Assembly: GCA_001949185.1 (NCBI GenBank)
Contig: BDGG01000008.1
Coordinates: 62,001 to 126,000 of the forward strand
DNA: 64,000 nt
Direction of reading: 5' to 3'
DNA from: Ramazzottius varieornatus
Lineage: Eukaryota; Animalia; Tardigrada
A model generated the notes under the pieces. It saw only the letters and a program-made list of their open reading frames with translations. It was not told the DNA's origin and searched no databases. The translations under genes and the position numbers were made by a program. This document shows positions 50,805-64,000 of the stretch, piece by piece (position 1 is the stretch's first letter; each line of letters opens with the position of its first letter).

Positions 50805-51686
50805 ATGGATTTCTGGATACCACTGGTCGTTTTTATGGCGTTCCTGATAGGAGGTATCGTACTTGGCTACTATGCTTAGAAAATCCTTGGTGATAGTGGA
50901 AGCTCCAAAACTCACTCTTGAATCGATATGATGGCCGCAGATGCAATAAGTATGTCCTTTCAGAAATCGCCTGTCAGTTGAACTGTTTAGTCTGTTCCTC
51001 GGTGAATGGCTCCAACCCAGCGTGCGAAAATGGGGTCGCTGACTACAACTCCAAGGAGCTCATCCAGAGAAACTGTCGTTCGACAATTGGAGCTGTGCAT
51101 CCCAGCACGCCTCTGCAAGCAACTGCCTGCATCAGTTTACTCGGAGAATATAGTAAGTTCAACTGTGACGGTTCTTGCATAACTCGTTGATATTTATAGC
51201 ACGACCTTACACCCATACGACTTGGATTCTGGAAGTTGATTAATGCGTCTGTGTCTGTTTTCAGAGGACAAGAATAGTAACCAAGTTAGCTACGTGGTAT
51301 CCCGAAGATGTACTGCTTCATCCTCCGCCTGGATGCAAGCCAAGAACGTCAACTGCGGCCTCATGGACAGTGACGACCATCTACCTGGAGAACGGAAATT
51401 CATCACCGGGTGCGTCGAGGCATGCTTCGAGAACGAATGCAACGGGAAACCTTTAATGAAACTCAGCGAAAGACTACGCCCGAACATGAAAGAGTTTATC
51501 GAGGACAGTCAACGCGCGGATCCCGGAAGAAAAATACGGTTCCCGGCCGTGTTTGCATTGGAAGAAAATAAGCGGACCATGGATGGACGAATCGCTCATA
51601 GCATTAACGACGGCAGCGAGTTATCAACAATGTTTCGAGGATTCCTCGGAATATTTCCCTTGATATTCGTTGCCTTTATCTTGTAA
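50805..51686 (+). CDS. Secreted Cys-rich Ly6/uPAR (quiver-like) protein with hydrophobic C-terminus (probable GPI signal), 3 coding exons
   Basis: Signal peptide MDFWIPLVVFMAFLIG, LNCLVCSS..NPAC, VSRRC, GCVEACFENECN, terminal hydrophobic stretch. Confidence 0.75.
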
Positions 51687-51743
51687 TCTTATGCCTTTCG
51701 ATAACTGACCAATGTGAAGTTTTATACCTATGTAGTCTGATTA

Positions 51744-54700
51744 CTAATATTTTAGCGTCTTGTCATAGTCGTTTTGATAGTGGACATCATCGCGTATGAC
51801 CACGTTGCGTTGAAATAGAGGTGGTGAAATTAGAAAGTCGTCTTGGATCAGTACGGAATCGTTTCTGATTTCATCAAACAAAACCTGTGGCAGAGAAGCG
51901 TTTGGTGGAGCTTTCTGGCTGCGAACTGCGTCTCGATGTTGGAGTTCCACGTCTAGCATTTGATTCGCCATGTTCAGCTCGCACATTTCCTGCTCCATCT
52001 CGAGAAGCGTCAGAAGCTTCATTGTGGATGCTGTCTTTTCTTTCTGTAACTCCTTCCGCAAGGAATGAAAGGTTTCCTCCGCATCGTCGTCCATAAGGTA
52101 AGTCCGGTCTCCTCAAGCGCTTTACAGACGCTCCGGCAGTGATCAGTCCAGTTCTCATACGACAGCCGTAACTCATTATAGTTTATCCAGAGGACGTACA
52201 ACAACCCGTCGTAGGTTGTACTCGGTATTCAGGTGGAACCGTTTCACGTAGACATTGTCGTCCTCGCCCACGCACTGGACACGGACCGCATCGTCTCGTG
52301 GCATTCTTTCCACCTTGCGTCCTCGTAGACATTGTGGAAGAGCTGTCAGGCAACGCAAACGTTCAGCCAGCTGACCGGCACCAGGATTTTCTTCTTCTTT
52401 GAGGGAGTTCAGTGAGAACTGCGCGAGGTTCGAACCCGGAAGTATGTTCCTCTTGGACAGGTCGAAGGTCTCACATGCCAGGTTGAGTCCCATTGTGATG
52501 TGGTGCTCCCATCTCTTCACGCAGGATATTAGCGGTGTCTCTTTAGTCTCACTTGCTTCGCTGTTCCCCGCATCAGTCCGTTCTAGAAACAAAACAGGAA
52601 ATCTGAAGCTAAAGTGCGGCACACGTGACAGTATTTCGCTCGAATCTAATAAGTTCGTTCTCGGAGCACAATTCATCGCCCCAAGCCCCCGGGGGACAAC
52701 AACTCCAACGTTTATGGGCGCATTCTTACTGGCAGTGGCCGGGCGCCATTTCTTGGAGCTTTTTCCCCAAAATATCACAACAGTTCAGAAATCAGGAAAA
52801 TAGTTTCTTACAAGTCTTACCGGAAGTCGGACCCGCTCCGCTTGGAGCATCATCCAGAACGTGTGATAAACAGCAAAGTCTCTTCACAAGTTCGGAAAGG
52901 TTACGCCGGATAGCCTGAAGGTTGGGCGCTTCGGTTGCGGTTTCACTGATGTGTGGAGAAGCGAGAGTGATCAAGTCAATGTCGATGTTCGCCATGCTTG
53001 AACAAAGATGAGATATCTGCTTCATCAGAGCGTTCGTGGGCATCTCGACGGCCTCCTCGAAGAGCAGCAACCATTCGCTTATCTTTGTCGCGAATTTCCC
53101 CATCCCGTTCGACTGAACGAAAGCCGCGGAGCTGTGCTGGAGCTTATGGAGGAATAGAGACACGTGGTCCAGGAAAACAGCGACAGCATCGTACAAACCT
53201 CCTGCTGCTGACCCGTCGTGATGAACATAGTCCCGTAAGGTAAGTCCGGTCTCCTCAAGCGCTTTACAGACGCTCCGGCAGTGATCAGTCCAGTTCTCAT
53301 ACGACAGCCGTAACTCATTATAGTTTATCCAGAGGACGTACAACGAAGCATAAGGAACGCTGTGAAGAAAAGTGTCCAGCTGGCTCGGCTCCTCACCCAA
53401 GATCTTTGCAAAGACTGTTTTCGAGAAGTCGAATTGCTCTTGGGTGAGAATATCTGAAGAAGCCGGCGGATCAAGTCCACATTCTTCGCCAGCACCGACA
53501 TGGTTTCCAGGTGGGATTGTTATCCTCTGGAGTGTACTTTCTCGGCAGAGGTAAGCGCTCAAGCTGGTTTTCACAATCTACCGGTAGATAGAACTTGGTT
53601 ACGGAGTTAGAGCGAAAGAAACACCAGTTCAGCAGGGGCAAAAGAGTTTACCTGTTCGAATAAGGCGTGTACGTTCTCGACTCGGGTCGGAAGACAACTG
53701 TTCGAGAATGCTTTCAGATTCTGAACCATCACCCTCACATATTCTCCCCATGGTATGCATTTCTTTCTGAGCTCAGCTCGTACGTCTTCCCGATCGTTCC
53801 GACTGCGATGTTGTATTGTGACTGACGCCTCATTTAGTAGAAACAAATCGACTTCCTCTTTCAGGTCTTGCAGCATACCGAGGATGGAATCCTGGCTGGC
53901 CAGTAAGAATGAATCAAGACCATGGAGGGCCTTTAGGAAGACCTTGCCAAGACCACGGACTTCGGAGACTATCAGCTTGTCCTGTCTTCTGAGTAGTTTA
54001 TGGCGCTTCTGGGCCATATGGTACCATTCTTGGTAGACGACATGAGTTTCGGTAAGTTTTACGAGCTTCTGGTCCTTGATCATTTTGAGGCATATCAAGT
54101 AAACAGTGTCTTGCCATTTCGGCCGTACTAAAGTCTGTTTTCGTAGCTTCTGGTCGGCGTGGTGACGATAATCCGCCTGCAGCTTGCGCAGGTTCTTCAG
54201 CTGATCGGCTTCTTCGTCGTGACGGACTGCCAGTGGGGTAAGTTGTTCCAAATCTGCAACGAATGCATAGCGTTCTCTGGCACAGTCAGAGCTGCAGGAC
54301 AAAATGGGATATCAGGTTTTCTCAATGTCTAAAATCTTACCGCCTTTTATGGCTGCAACCAAACGTCCGGACAGTTCTGTGGTACGTCTCAGATTCCCGA
54401 GCTGCTTCTGCCACCATAGACGGCCACTTTGTAGGCGGCGCTCGAAGCTTTTGTCAATGTTTTGCTGGTCAACCAGGTCTTGATGAAAGCTTCTCAAAAT
54501 TCTCGGAGCTTTGTTTAATAATACTTTGTATCGCTTCCGAATAGTTTTGAGTAGGGCACCTCTTGGTTTTGATTCAGTGTCTGCTTGCTGAGCTATCTGG
54601 TGAAATAAGGAGTCGTACAACTTTTGGTCGTATCGCACAAGGCCGATCAGCGACAGAACGTCGTCAGAAGTCTTGATCATTTTTCCCTTCTTTCTAAATT

Positions 54701-55346
54701 GGCGATCTTCCACAGTTTGTAGGTAGTCGTTGTAAAGGCTTGTGAGATGGTGACGAGAATTAGGAGGTAGTGCTTTCGCAGGTTCAACGACCACGATTTT
54801 TTCCGCATCTCCTGACCGGCTTCGTTTCCGACCTTCATCCACGATATGACTGAGGAACGTTGTTTGTTTCTCCAGGTCCGTTTCCTGATTGTGCATGTTG
54901 TGCTTCGCGTCATGTAGGAAAGAGACGTCACACAGACCTGCATGACAGTCAGGACAGGTCGCTTCACCATCGTCTTTGTGGTCGTGTCTTAGCCTTTTCG
55001 GAGGTGAATTCTGCAAAGTTGGCAGCCAGTCACGATTAGGCGTGCATCCACGGACCTCACGTCGCCAGACTCACTTCGTACCTCGCTACCTTACTTCCAT
55101 TGCTTGGCCGTGGGTTTCTGCGTATTCTTGGGCCTGATGTATTTTAGAAACGAGCGACAAAGGTTTTGACACTGGTCTATTCTTCATCAAGTGTGGGATC
55201 AGCATTTCTGTCGCTGTTGGGCGTGCCTCATGAGAATTCAAATCCCGAACGCTGGGAACAGGTACAGGAACTATGGGGATAGCCAGCTGGGCGGGAACTC
55301 TTGCCAGACTCCTCATTTTGTGATGATGATCATTGGAACTTTGCAT
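51744..55346 (-). CDS. AXDND1: Axonemal dynein light chain domain-containing protein 1-like; last exon interrupted by a duplicated segment
   Basis: LIGLVRYDQKLYDSLFHQIAQQADTESKPRGALLKTIRKRYKVLL..FHQDLVDQQNID matches the AXDND1-type Ax_dynein_light motif as recalled; long collinear helical ORFs follow. Confidence 0.7.
52094..52202 (+). repeat. 109-bp perfect direct copy of 53236-53344
   Basis: TAAGGTAAGTCCGGTCTCC...AGGACGTACAAC is identical at both places. Confidence 0.97.
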
Positions 55347-55564
55347 TGAACGCTAGCATGAGACCCGCGGAATCAGGAAAATAGTTTACCGTGCAGCGGT
55401 CCAGGGGGCGCCACTACTGGTCGTCAGTCTGCAAACAGACTAGCGCGGTAGTTACTGTGCAACCCCAGTTTCTTCCGTTTTAGGGAAGAGACCGATCCTT
55501 TTACCCGAAGTTTACCGGTACTAGAACTGACCCTTTATTTTTTCGCTCACTGGAATTTTATGTT

Positions 55565-56533
55565 ATGAATATGGTGCCACCTGTATTGAAGTCTCATTTG
55601 TCGGAAGTGTACGAATCCAGCGCCCACGTTCATCAAGCTCTCGCCCGGTTCTCTCAAAACTATGGTGTCGAAGCTGTCCAACTACTGATTCCGGAACTGA
55701 CACATCTTTTTGAGCAGCTTGAAGAGATTGTCGGCGCGAAAGATGCCACGCATGTTGAGGAAACTGAGAAGAGCTTGAAACACACCCTTCATCAGATCGA
55801 TGAACTACGGTCACATCGTATTCAACTGGGGCTGAAGTTCGACGCGGTAAGATAAAGAGTGAACCGTTCAAATATCCTTCGCGTGAAGATGTCGGCCGAC
55901 TAATCTGATACTGTTTCAGTACTGCAGGATTTCAGCAACATAATTGAGCAATGGCGAGCAGAGTCAAGCGCCCTCGAAGACCGTGTTTCTCAGCTGAGAG
56001 CGGAAGTTGAGATGCTGAAGATAAATATCAAGAACCGTGAATTTGACGTGGAGAACTTACATGCCGCTGCCAACAGGCATAACAAAACGACGAGTGGAGC
56101 GCAATTCGATCAAGTTCAAAAACTCGTGGGTGACATCAAGTCAGACATCCTTCAGAAAGAGAAGTATTTGGAGGAAGCTCACCAAGAGCTCGATGCGGTA
56201 AGTTCTTACTTATGACTACAGAAAATTTTTATGAATTCGAAATGGACCCATTTGAACCTGGTTGTTTTTTCCCTGTAGAATATCGCGGACCTTCAGCGAG
56301 CAACCGATGCTGTAGCCATAACCAAGGAAATGAACAAGGGAATGAGATGGGCAAACGCGAAGCTTCGGGAAGAAAAGTACGGCCGGTTAGCCGCTCTACG
56401 GAAGTTGGAGTTTCAAGTACTCCATGCTGAGAAGAAGCTCGATCAGACACAGAGAAAGGACCTTTCGATTTTGTCGATGCAGGCGGTCTTGGGTGATGCT
56501 GGCTCAGGTAGTCTTGATGGAAGATTCTGCTGA
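55565..56533 (+). CDS. RH1-domain coiled-coil protein (RILP/RILPL/JIP3-like), 3 exons
   Basis: EVYESSAHVHQALARFSQNYGVEAVQLLIPELTHLFEQLE resembles the RH1 consensus; coiled coil follows; no RH2 recognised. Confidence 0.7.
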
Positions 56534-58311
56534 CCGCAGTGTGGAAGTTCTTCGTCTTTCCTTCAAGCTTCCCGCTCGACGAGTTGGCTCCCTTGATGGT
56601 CTCTGAAGGGCGCTGTTCTAGAGAGAAGTCATACTAGCTAGCCCTTTCAGTATGACAAGGTCTCCACTGGGCCTGTGCTTGTTAGCGCCTGTCCGTCAGG
56701 ATATTGAGCATATTAAAGGCTTCCAACGATCATAACGCTTTATCGTCACGCGGTTGAAATCCACAGATCCATTTTATGAGAGTGCAACTAAATTTTTTAT
56801 CACACTCGTTCAAGCGCCACCAGCCCGTTTCGGGACACCCTCCGCGTACCTCCTTTTGTGTAGCGACAGGTCATGTAGGCTCGTAACACTACAACAAAAA
56901 GTGTTGTGACGCTGTACGTGTGCGCAAGTAGAGATGCATGGGTGATAAAGTGGCAGGTGGACCGGCTTCGTAGAAAAAGCAATGATGGACATGATGAACT
57001 TCAGGATGTGGATGAGTTCTTCTTGGAGTGGGTTTATTTTGCAGTGGTGTACAGTGGCAAAAAGTGTTGACATTAATTAACGAGATTACATGGTTTGCTC
57101 TCATGTAGGTTACGTGGTGTACCTAATCAGGTTGGATCCACCACTTGCATGGAAGTCGAGGCTATCGAGCTCGATTGACAATCTTTTTTCACCGTGTTGA
57201 CGGCACGCCACACTTAATCAACTGTCAAATTCTGAAAAGGAATGATCGGAGGCTTTTAGCCAGTTTTAGGGTAAAATGGATATTGATCAGATCGCAACAT
57301 TTTGAGTTTCGCCCACAAACGACCTGGCTGTAAATAAGTTCCAGGTTTCTATACAATTATCATGTTTTACTTCACCAAAAGTTAGAAAACTGATTACGAG
57401 GGAGACGATGTAATTCCGCCATGCAGATTTTCATCTTATAATTCCGCCAACGCGAAAAGCTTAAGCATTAAAGTCAACGCTACCTTGATTGATCATCGTA
57501 CGCTTATTGATACAGCTTTAGGTTTTTTTAACACTGAGCAGACCGTTTTTCATTCCAAAGAAGACCTCTCAGCTCCCAGTATCCCGATTTTTCTCCAACT
57601 TGTTGATAGGTTCACGAAAAGGGTTTGTCTATCTCAGGAAACAAAACTAGTTAGATTTGGAGCAGGAACTGAGAAGAACAAAGATGGCGGATTTATGAGG
57701 TGAAAGTCGTCATGGCGGAATAACAGTCTCCACTGATCTGAGCGGTTTATAACCAGAGAACTTTGTGGTGACAGCTTTGAATATGAAAAATGCATAGAAT
57801 TTTGAGGCATGATTCCCTTTTAGACGCGCGGACCAGGAAGCACATTTTCATGCAGGCAATTAATCGATGAGGGATTTTGATCGCACATCACGTTCAATCC
57901 CAGTTGGTTTTCTGAGTCTGTGACTTGACAGTGATGTATGTATGGCCATTCTTGTCGTAAAGAAGAAAAAGGAAGATTTTACGCAATCTACGACTGCTCT
58001 TCGTATGAGTAATGTCCATAGATAAATTTGCATACGGGACATTGCACCCGGAAGTTCCTTCTTAGAAATTTTCGACGTTGATTAGATGGAATCTCCTGGT
58101 GTCATTAATTTTGTCTCGTTTATTTCATGTCTCATATATCCTTCGAGGTTTATTCAAGTGTTTTTTCAAATATTGAGAATATTGATTTTTAGGAATCTTA
58201 CCTGCGAATTATTGTACTAAATTGTTTTTATTACGCATATTTGAATTTTCGATTGGCGATTTTTCTCCTAAGAGGTTTGTTGACGTGGCGGAAAGCTTGA
58301 TCGAATCTTAA

Positions 58312-58980
58312 TTACCGCCGTCCATGGGACGATTGTACTTTTCCATTTACTTTGTCAGCCTGAAGTTGGTTTTTGAAAGAGTGAAGAGGAGCTGCTTGGA
58401 GGGTTTGTTTAGGTCTCTTTGGGCCAGCTTGCCACGCTTGTTTGCCTTCGTCAACTGGAGGACGCATACTTTGTGCTCTGGGAATCTTTTTCTGTGCGCC
58501 TACCGTGGCGTGGAGGCCTCGGCGAACCACACGAGGAGAGAAGGTACCAGGCGCGATCAAGTTGCTCTTAGTTAAGGACGGGCTGATGGCAAGTGACGCG
58601 CCTGTCCAACTTGAGAGAAGAAACATCTCAGAGCCCGAATTACTCTGTCCATTTAAGCGGGCAGTCAAGCAGGCTAACTGCAGCTGGACGGGAGATGTAT
58701 GATTTCTTTGGATGGGGTTCTTCGTGCCTCTTAACCATATTGTTGTAACTGTTGCAACTACCGCGTACTTCGGGTTGTTCGTCCTGTCTAACAGTGTACT
58801 GATGGAGGAAGGGTCGAGAGGTTGGTAGTGGAGATGTGGAGCTGGAGTACAAAGCGCAATCAGCCATATATCGTCCCCCACTTAGCCATCATCTCTTTAT
58901 TCACGTTATGGGACAACAATATATGGCCACGGCAGCTCAAAAAGTCTCTCCCAACATGAGCAAGATTTTGACAGGCTAGC
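58312..58980 (-). mobile_element. Possible heavily decayed Penelope-like retroelement fragment
   Basis: Minus-strand fragments KWGRYMADC (cf. WxRYxDD) and downstream RFPEH in different frames; weak motif-level evidence only. Confidence 0.25.
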
Positions 58981-59770
58981 TTGATACTGCTGGAACTCGC
59001 ACAGGCCAACAATATCGCATGGTGATCGACACCTTACTTCCAGACGCAAACTGTATTGTGTGACTTCTTAGCTGGCGCTGCGGCCGTTCCATCATTGGAT
59101 GAATTGAAAAGCACGCATGTTTGGGCGTACGGCAACAACGGGGCGGATGTCGTGTACGTCGCGGAAACTTTCTTCACGTCATTGCAGTTAGTTCAGTTGT
59201 AACGTGACTACTTAACGTTGTGTATGGATAGAGCGATCGACTAGCTGGACGGGGTTCCCGCATTCTACATCCTTCTTGGGGACTCAAGACCAACTGAAAA
59301 ACTTCATACTGTTGACACCCTATTTTGAGCACAATATCATCACATTTCTAGTTTGACAAGGTCACCTACTATGTCTTATTTTGCCATGGGTCCTCGAGGC
59401 TCCCTTCCGATCCTATCGCGTTATGCTGTGTACACCGATATGGAAGTCGCAACGCGAGGGACTGATTATGCACTGCGTGCATAGATTATAGTGAGGTTGC
59501 CCCGATGGGTCGCCGTTTGGGAAATCAACAGGAATGTGATGCATGTGCGGAATTGCGTATAGGGATGGATATTACGATGGAGGCGAGTGCGGCGTGGCTT
59601 GGATGAAAATTACTTGTTGATACGCCCGAAAAATTAATTGGGAATATACGCGATCAGAATATTATTTTTGGGACCAAATAGTTTTCATGCCTTTAGCCGG
59701 TAGGATCGATGGCGATGGATCGAGCTGAGGCAGAGATCAACAAAAGTTCATTTTGGCGATTGGTGACACA

Positions 59771-62700
59771 ATGGATAATATCATAACCGCATTGCCGCTT
59801 TGGAAACTCAATGTAATAAATGTAACATTTCCGGAAGCGTCGCCCTACAATGCCTCCTCATCCGGAAGCATCAGTAGCACCACAACGGAAGCTCCATCGC
59901 TCTTTGCTTGTCAAGCGGTCCCCGGGGAGCCCGTCCCTTTTCCATCATGCTACACCTGGACTCAGATTATCCTCTTTGCCTTCTTTATGGCTATTGTCAT
60001 GTTTATCATTGTCTTTGGCAATTTACTAGTCGTCATATCGATAATGACCAACCCGGCCCTCAGAACAGTTCAGAACTACCTCCTGGTCAGCTTGGCCGTA
60101 GCGGATTGCGCTGTTGGCGCCTTGATCATGCCTTTCTCTTTGGCTAACGAAGTGATGGGTAAACCCTAGAAATGTGATAAACTGTCATAAAAGTTTCTTT
60201 ATCGACCTTGTTTCTTGTAGGATACTGGGCATTCGGAGACTTCCTATGCGACACGTGGTAAGTTAAGGTTTCACTTGAAGCTGCAGGAATATGGAACGTG
60301 GGCAAATGAACTGAGCCACATCGCTGTTGCCAGTAGCGAACGGTTTCGTTGTTAATCGCTGGAAGTATGCGCCAGTTGGGGAAGCGATCCGGTTCAGTGC
60401 ATTTGCCCATGTCACATAGTTATATTTAAAAGAAGTCCGCCAAAATTTTGAACAGTAGTAATCTGTGAGGCTTTCCCAAACTTCCCGCTGTTTCCGAAAA
60501 TGGGTTATGGGGGTGAATAGTTGCTTGTGTATCGATTGGCGATTGCGGTGGACGCGCTCAATTCAATTACCGAAAGTTAATTACTTATATTCTCAGTGGG
60601 TTCGCCGTCATTGCTTGTCCCGAACTCATTTGGGACGTGGGACAGGTCCCGCCAAACAATAATTACACTTTACAACCTCTAAGTACGGAGGGGTAAGGGT
60701 TACCAAAAGATTACTACGTATCACCCTGACTCCAAAGATTAAGTGTTTGCCCACACAAGGGAACAACAGGGAATACTGAGCTCTTAAGTTGGTTCGTCAG
60801 ACATCCGTAATAAGTTTCTCCGTTCTTGCATCAAACCTTATGAGACGCTCGTACTGAGTAGCAGCTGAAACATTCAAATTACCGACAGATGTTTTCACAA
60901 GGACATGTTGTCTCTCTTTCTTCTGGGCGGCAAAATGCGTGCTGTTTTGGATGTTTGGTTCTTCGTAATAGAAACAAAGGCACAACTACGCCTCTTTTGC
61001 AATAGAGTACCCTGATTTTCAGCAGGGGGCGCAAACAGTTCCACAGTACGCTTGCAGTTTTTCCAGCATGTTTCTCTTTGTGGATTTGGAGCAGCCGGCG
61101 TATACGGAACATGCGGAAGCTTTCTGAATGAAAGTCTTTGTTTCTTTTTCCCATTTGCAATCGAAAAACGAGATCCGGCTAGAAAAATTCCATTCCGTTA
61201 AGTTCATTATCTTATTGAATTACGGCCTCAGCTGGAAGTCAGTGGAGCGGATCTGTTCGGCCGGAAAAAGGTTATTCTCCGTTAATGTTGGCAGATTGTT
61301 CCGTCCTGTGCAAAGCTGTCAGTTGGGCCAAAGTATATCCCTTATTAGCCGTGGGGAGCAAACATGGCGTGATCAAGTGCAGCTTTGGTTTTTGCTACCC
61401 CAAATTGCATTGCTTGCGCTTGAAGGCGCTAAATTGCCTTGTACCGAACCAGACTTCGAGACTCATTTCCCTCTAATGACCCTCGTTCCCTTTACAAGAA
61501 TGAAGAGTTCGGTTGACTGGTTCGCGACAAGTCAGCATCGATCGAGCAGCCATCTCGCTGGAAGATCTTTGAATAAATCATGCGTGGTACCATTGTCAGG
61601 CGACGAACCGGCTCGATCCCCATAGGCTAAACAGCTGAACCCTCTAAATACCTCTTCAGAACCCCAAACTTCTGCCACTTGTGTAGTACTTCGCTCAGGA
61701 CTTTTTACTATTTGGGAGGCCGGTAAACGAAACGTGCAAGCTTGTCACCTCAATGGGCGCACTTCTGTATTGTTGAAGGCTGGAAGTGTGCACCACGTGA
61801 GATAACGATCTTGTACGCTTCGTTTGCTGGCCTCGTGTTTTTCGTAACGCCCATGTATAATTGCTCCACTCACATATTTTCGAATTTTACAGGCTGGCCT
61901 TGGATGTTCTCTTGTGCACTGCCAGTATTTTCAGTTTGTGTGCCATCAGTCTGGACCGCTATTGGAGTGTGACACAGGCTGTAACGTATTTGCAAAGACG
62001 AACGTTGCGCCACGCTGTGCAAATGATCGCCGCCGTTTGGATTTCTTCCTTGATTATTTCCGTTCCTCCCCTGCTCGGCTGGCGGAATCCTCCTAACGCC
62101 ACGGAAATTATAACGTTTGACAACGGGACCGTCCGTCATTCGACGTTCGTTAAAACTTGCTCCGTGGGGGAAGACACCAGCGTCTATGTGATATTTTCTT
62201 CACTGGGGTACAGTACAACCATTCCCATCACCACTACAGTATGAACATATTAACGTCCCATGACGTCACGGCGGATCATTAGCAATTTCAATCATCATTA
62301 TTATTTTTCCAAAAACACTCCATGTACCATTTCGCACGAAATTACGAAAAGTTATTCGCTTAAGAATATTTTTAATACTTTTGGAAACCACCAAAATGGA
62401 CAACGACAGTTGGGAAAACACTTATATGGATGAGTGCAAGTTCGGCGGTTTGCACGAAGTTGTCGAAGTCGTTGCTTGACGTGATTCTTTGTGGCAGCTG
62501 ACAGATACAGTCCACAGCCAAGAGCCATTCCTGAAGCTATGCCAGATCGTTAACGGAAATTAGCATTATCGACAAACGATCAGGGATAGCTAGACAAATA
62601 TCGTTGGCACTTTGCTCTGTTAACGGTACATACCTAATCCATAATTACAAGCCACATTAACACCGTTTGTCTTTCACCAGGTCATTCTGGATACCTATCG

Positions 62701-63891
62701 CGGTTCTTGGATATGTTTACGCCCGAATATACGTTGTGGCGAAAACCCGTGCACGAGCTCAAAGCTCATCCGTTGGTCGATCCGCCAGCGATCGCCCACT
62801 CCCTAGACCGTCCGTCATCTTCGTCGTCCCGACACTTGCCTCTAAAAACCAAGACAGCTGTGTTGAAGGACCAACCAGACAGTCGACCCTGGAAGTCGTC
62901 GACATACAGGTATCAGACGAAATTGTCTATTTGCAGAAGATAACTAATCAACCAGATCACTTTTCCAAGTGGCGCCCACCCTGAGCCAGTAACAATGAAA
63001 ACGTGCGCCACTGGAGATGACGATCTGGTTTAGTTCATATTCATTTGCCCACGTCTCAGTTGACAAAACAACAGCGAAAATAAATTATTAGGATAATTTC
63101 TTTTGTAATCGATAAAAGTACTCACCAATATTGATTCTGTTCTGTGATAGCGCAATACGATTTCGACGACCCAGTCGACTAGCAGCGCTAAGAACGCAGA
63201 GAGAAGGCCGCTCCTGAACCGGCAGAACCTGCAGCCTCTCGACTCCGATATGCGGAGGATGGAAGAGTCTACATTCTACCCGGACTCAAGAAGTCCAACG
63301 TCGGGAGAAAGTCTTTCGAGTAGCGCTCATCTCCGAGGGAACTCGAAGAGGGATTCTAGCACACAAACCGACCCACCGCCTACGGACCGGGAAAGACCGA
63401 CGTACTTTGACGATGACGAGTTTGCCGATTCGAGCAGCATTATGCTCTTGTCCGAGTACGACTTTGACGAACGTTGGAAAGAGATATTTGCAAGGCACCC
63501 TTCGTTTTCCGAACCTGTCCTGTCAGTGCCCGTTGTGGCGCCTTTTCCTAATGGCGACATCGGAAGGACCAATGTGGTAATTATATCCACGGAATCGGTG
63601 CCGCTCTTTCGACGACTACTGCAGTATTTTTCTTCCTCGTGTTTTCGCCGTTTCGGTGGATCGACAGTCAGCAGTTACCGTCTGCAGATCAACAGAGAAC
63701 CCGTAATTAAACGCAAGAAGTCCAGGCTAAAACCTCCGCGGGAGAAAAGCGACCGACGAAAAACTTCAGTGGACCAGAGGAGCGAAGGAGAACGGCGGAA
63801 GAAGCGCATACAAAAACTGAAGGAACGCCGTGCAACTCTGGTCGTCACTTTGGTCATTGCTACCTTTGTCGCTTGCTGGATGCCTTTCTTC
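59771..63891 (+). CDS. Alpha2-adrenergic-like / octopamine-tyramine class amine GPCR, TM1-TM6 (continues beyond the window)
   Basis: [80 protein letters not shown], long ICL3, KERRAT..CWMPFF. Confidence 0.93.
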
Positions 63892-64000
63892 GTAAGTACA
63901 GCCATTCATATCTTTCTGAAAACCAGATTTATCCTTCAAGACTTGAGTGTTGTAGTGATGAACGACTTTTGCACGAACCTGCGTACAGGTGGCCCTGATC

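Noticed and set aside
60400-61860. ORFs inside the large GPCR intron as a nested gene
   Set aside because: No coding-like composition or motifs.
1-64000. Most short ORFs in the supplied track
   Set aside because: They are antisense or off-frame shadows of spliced exons, many opened at TTG/GTG; the DNA is intron-containing eukaryotic sequence.

Overview
Gene-dense eukaryotic (animal, probably invertebrate) DNA with many short GT-AG introns, mostly about 60-150 bp, and very short intergenic gaps. The compactness and gene content would fit a tardigrade-like genome, but that is inference only. About 25 spliced protein-coding genes were assembled by hand: GTPBP3 3' end, an M14 carboxypeptidase-like gene, two UMP-CMP kinases, a GT92/GT-A-like gene, AGXT2, two RNase H1 paralogs, an Eaf6-like gene, UMPS, NCBP1, SDHAF4, an RBM46/47-like gene, two tandem hexa-EF-hand genes, NDC80, DNALI1, ELP2, INTS12, COX19, CLP1, CSTF2, a Ly6-like gene, AXDND1, a RILP-like gene and the 5' part of an alpha2-adrenergic-like amine GPCR. 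Most notable: (1) an intact RNase H1 paralog that keeps its hybrid-binding residues but has lost three of four catalytic acids; (2) four intact genes with degenerate active sites within the first 11.5 kb, two of which have a canonical paralog later in the window, plus a CLP1 with a Walker A K-to-R change; (3) a 1.68-kb foldback element whose two 345-bp arms are both copies of the 5' end of its own gene; (4) a perfect 109-bp templated duplication that interrupts AXDND1; (5) a C-terminal motif shared by the two calbindin-like paralogs. All family assignments come from motif recognition by eye, not database searches. No CRISPR array, rRNA or tRNA was recognised.
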